From assembly GCA_964385615.1 (NCBI GenBank), contig CAYLPP010000007.1, positions 44,426-108,425 of the forward strand: a stretch of DNA of 64,000 nucleotides, in the 5' to 3' direction. Position 1 is the first letter of the stretch. Source of the stretch: an uncultured bacterium (GTDB taxonomy: Bacteria > Omnitrophota > Omnitrophia > Omnitrophales > Aquincolibacteriaceae). More notes on this DNA, generated by a model. It was not told where the DNA came from. It ran no database searches and saw nothing but the letters and a program-made list of their open reading frames with translations. The stretch itself is not shown here.

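Noticed and set aside
62777-62812. Poly-Gly coding tract as a possible slippage-prone simple-sequence repeat / phase-variation switch
   Set aside because: The nucleotide sequence uses mixed GGC/GGA/GGT codons (gccaccaccgcctcctccgcctccgccgcc on plus). It is neither a homopolymer nor a perfect short-unit microsatellite, so replication slippage is unlikely. Any length change would also stay in frame.
63985-63987. ORF-track 'start' M at 63987 for the giant ORF (also GTG at 19606 and ATG at 1704 for other genes)
   Set aside because: The codon at 63985-63987 is GTG within a frame that remains open to nt 64000, so it is not a real start. For the 2,650-aa gene the ATG at 19591 gives a perfect signal peptide. 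For the Wza-like gene the internal ATG at 1518 gives the signal peptide and avoids overlap with the upstream gene.
1-64000. Mobile elements, integrases, CRISPR repeats, rRNA
   Set aside because: No transposase or integrase-like ORFs, no terminal inverted repeats flanking a gene, no regularly spaced short direct repeats, and no rRNA-like conserved stretches were seen. The direct repeats found are protein-level domain duplications inside the giant genes.

Overview
All eleven genes supported in this 64-kb window are on the minus strand, tightly packed, several with overlapping start/stop codons. No rRNA, tRNA, CRISPR array or IS/transposase is recognisable. GC content is moderate (mid-50s % by eye).

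From high to low coordinates the layout is:
(1) One uninterrupted ORF of more than 14,745 codons (19750..64000). It runs off the right edge: the caller's 'M' at 63987 is an internal GTG and the frame is still open at 64000 (...ANGYVVGEYAW).
(2) A second giant gene (11636..19591, about 2,650 aa) encoding a signal-peptide protein with four transmembrane helices.
(3) A three-gene phosphorelay: an HTH-REC response regulator, a stand-alone Hpt protein, and a CHASE-like/PAS hybrid histidine kinase with a C-terminal receiver.
(4) miaB and a stand-alone NAD(P)H-hydrate epimerase (YjeF-N).
(5) A polysaccharide-export cluster: a tandem-sulfotransferase protein, an outer-membrane beta-barrel, a short Wza-like exporter, and a Wzz/PCP chain-length determinant that runs off the left edge.

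The giant ORF is the standout. In N-to-C order the in-window part contains:
- a PDZ-like domain and a poly-Gly tract;
- an extreme Tyr/Gly/Cys low-complexity segment and a Trp-rich duplicated motif;
- a Lys-rich coiled coil plus a long alpha-helical repeat region;
- two families of beta-rich tandem repeats, one a clean 12 x ~110-aa array;
- a YD/RHS-like beta-hairpin region;
- an ~1,380-aa polytopic membrane block with dozens of predicted helices;
- an acidic coiled-coil region;
- an embedded SF2-helicase-like NTPase module (AGTGIGKS / VDEAQ / QTLGRDR);
- a second transmembrane cluster, and a long helical C-terminal region with an HExxH motif.

I read this as a candidate single-polypeptide surface-to-cytoplasm megaprotein system, comparable in scale to the giant genes reported from Omnitrophota and PVC-group bacteria. 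That comparison is inference only. All domain calls are from motif-level reading of the translation, not from database searches.
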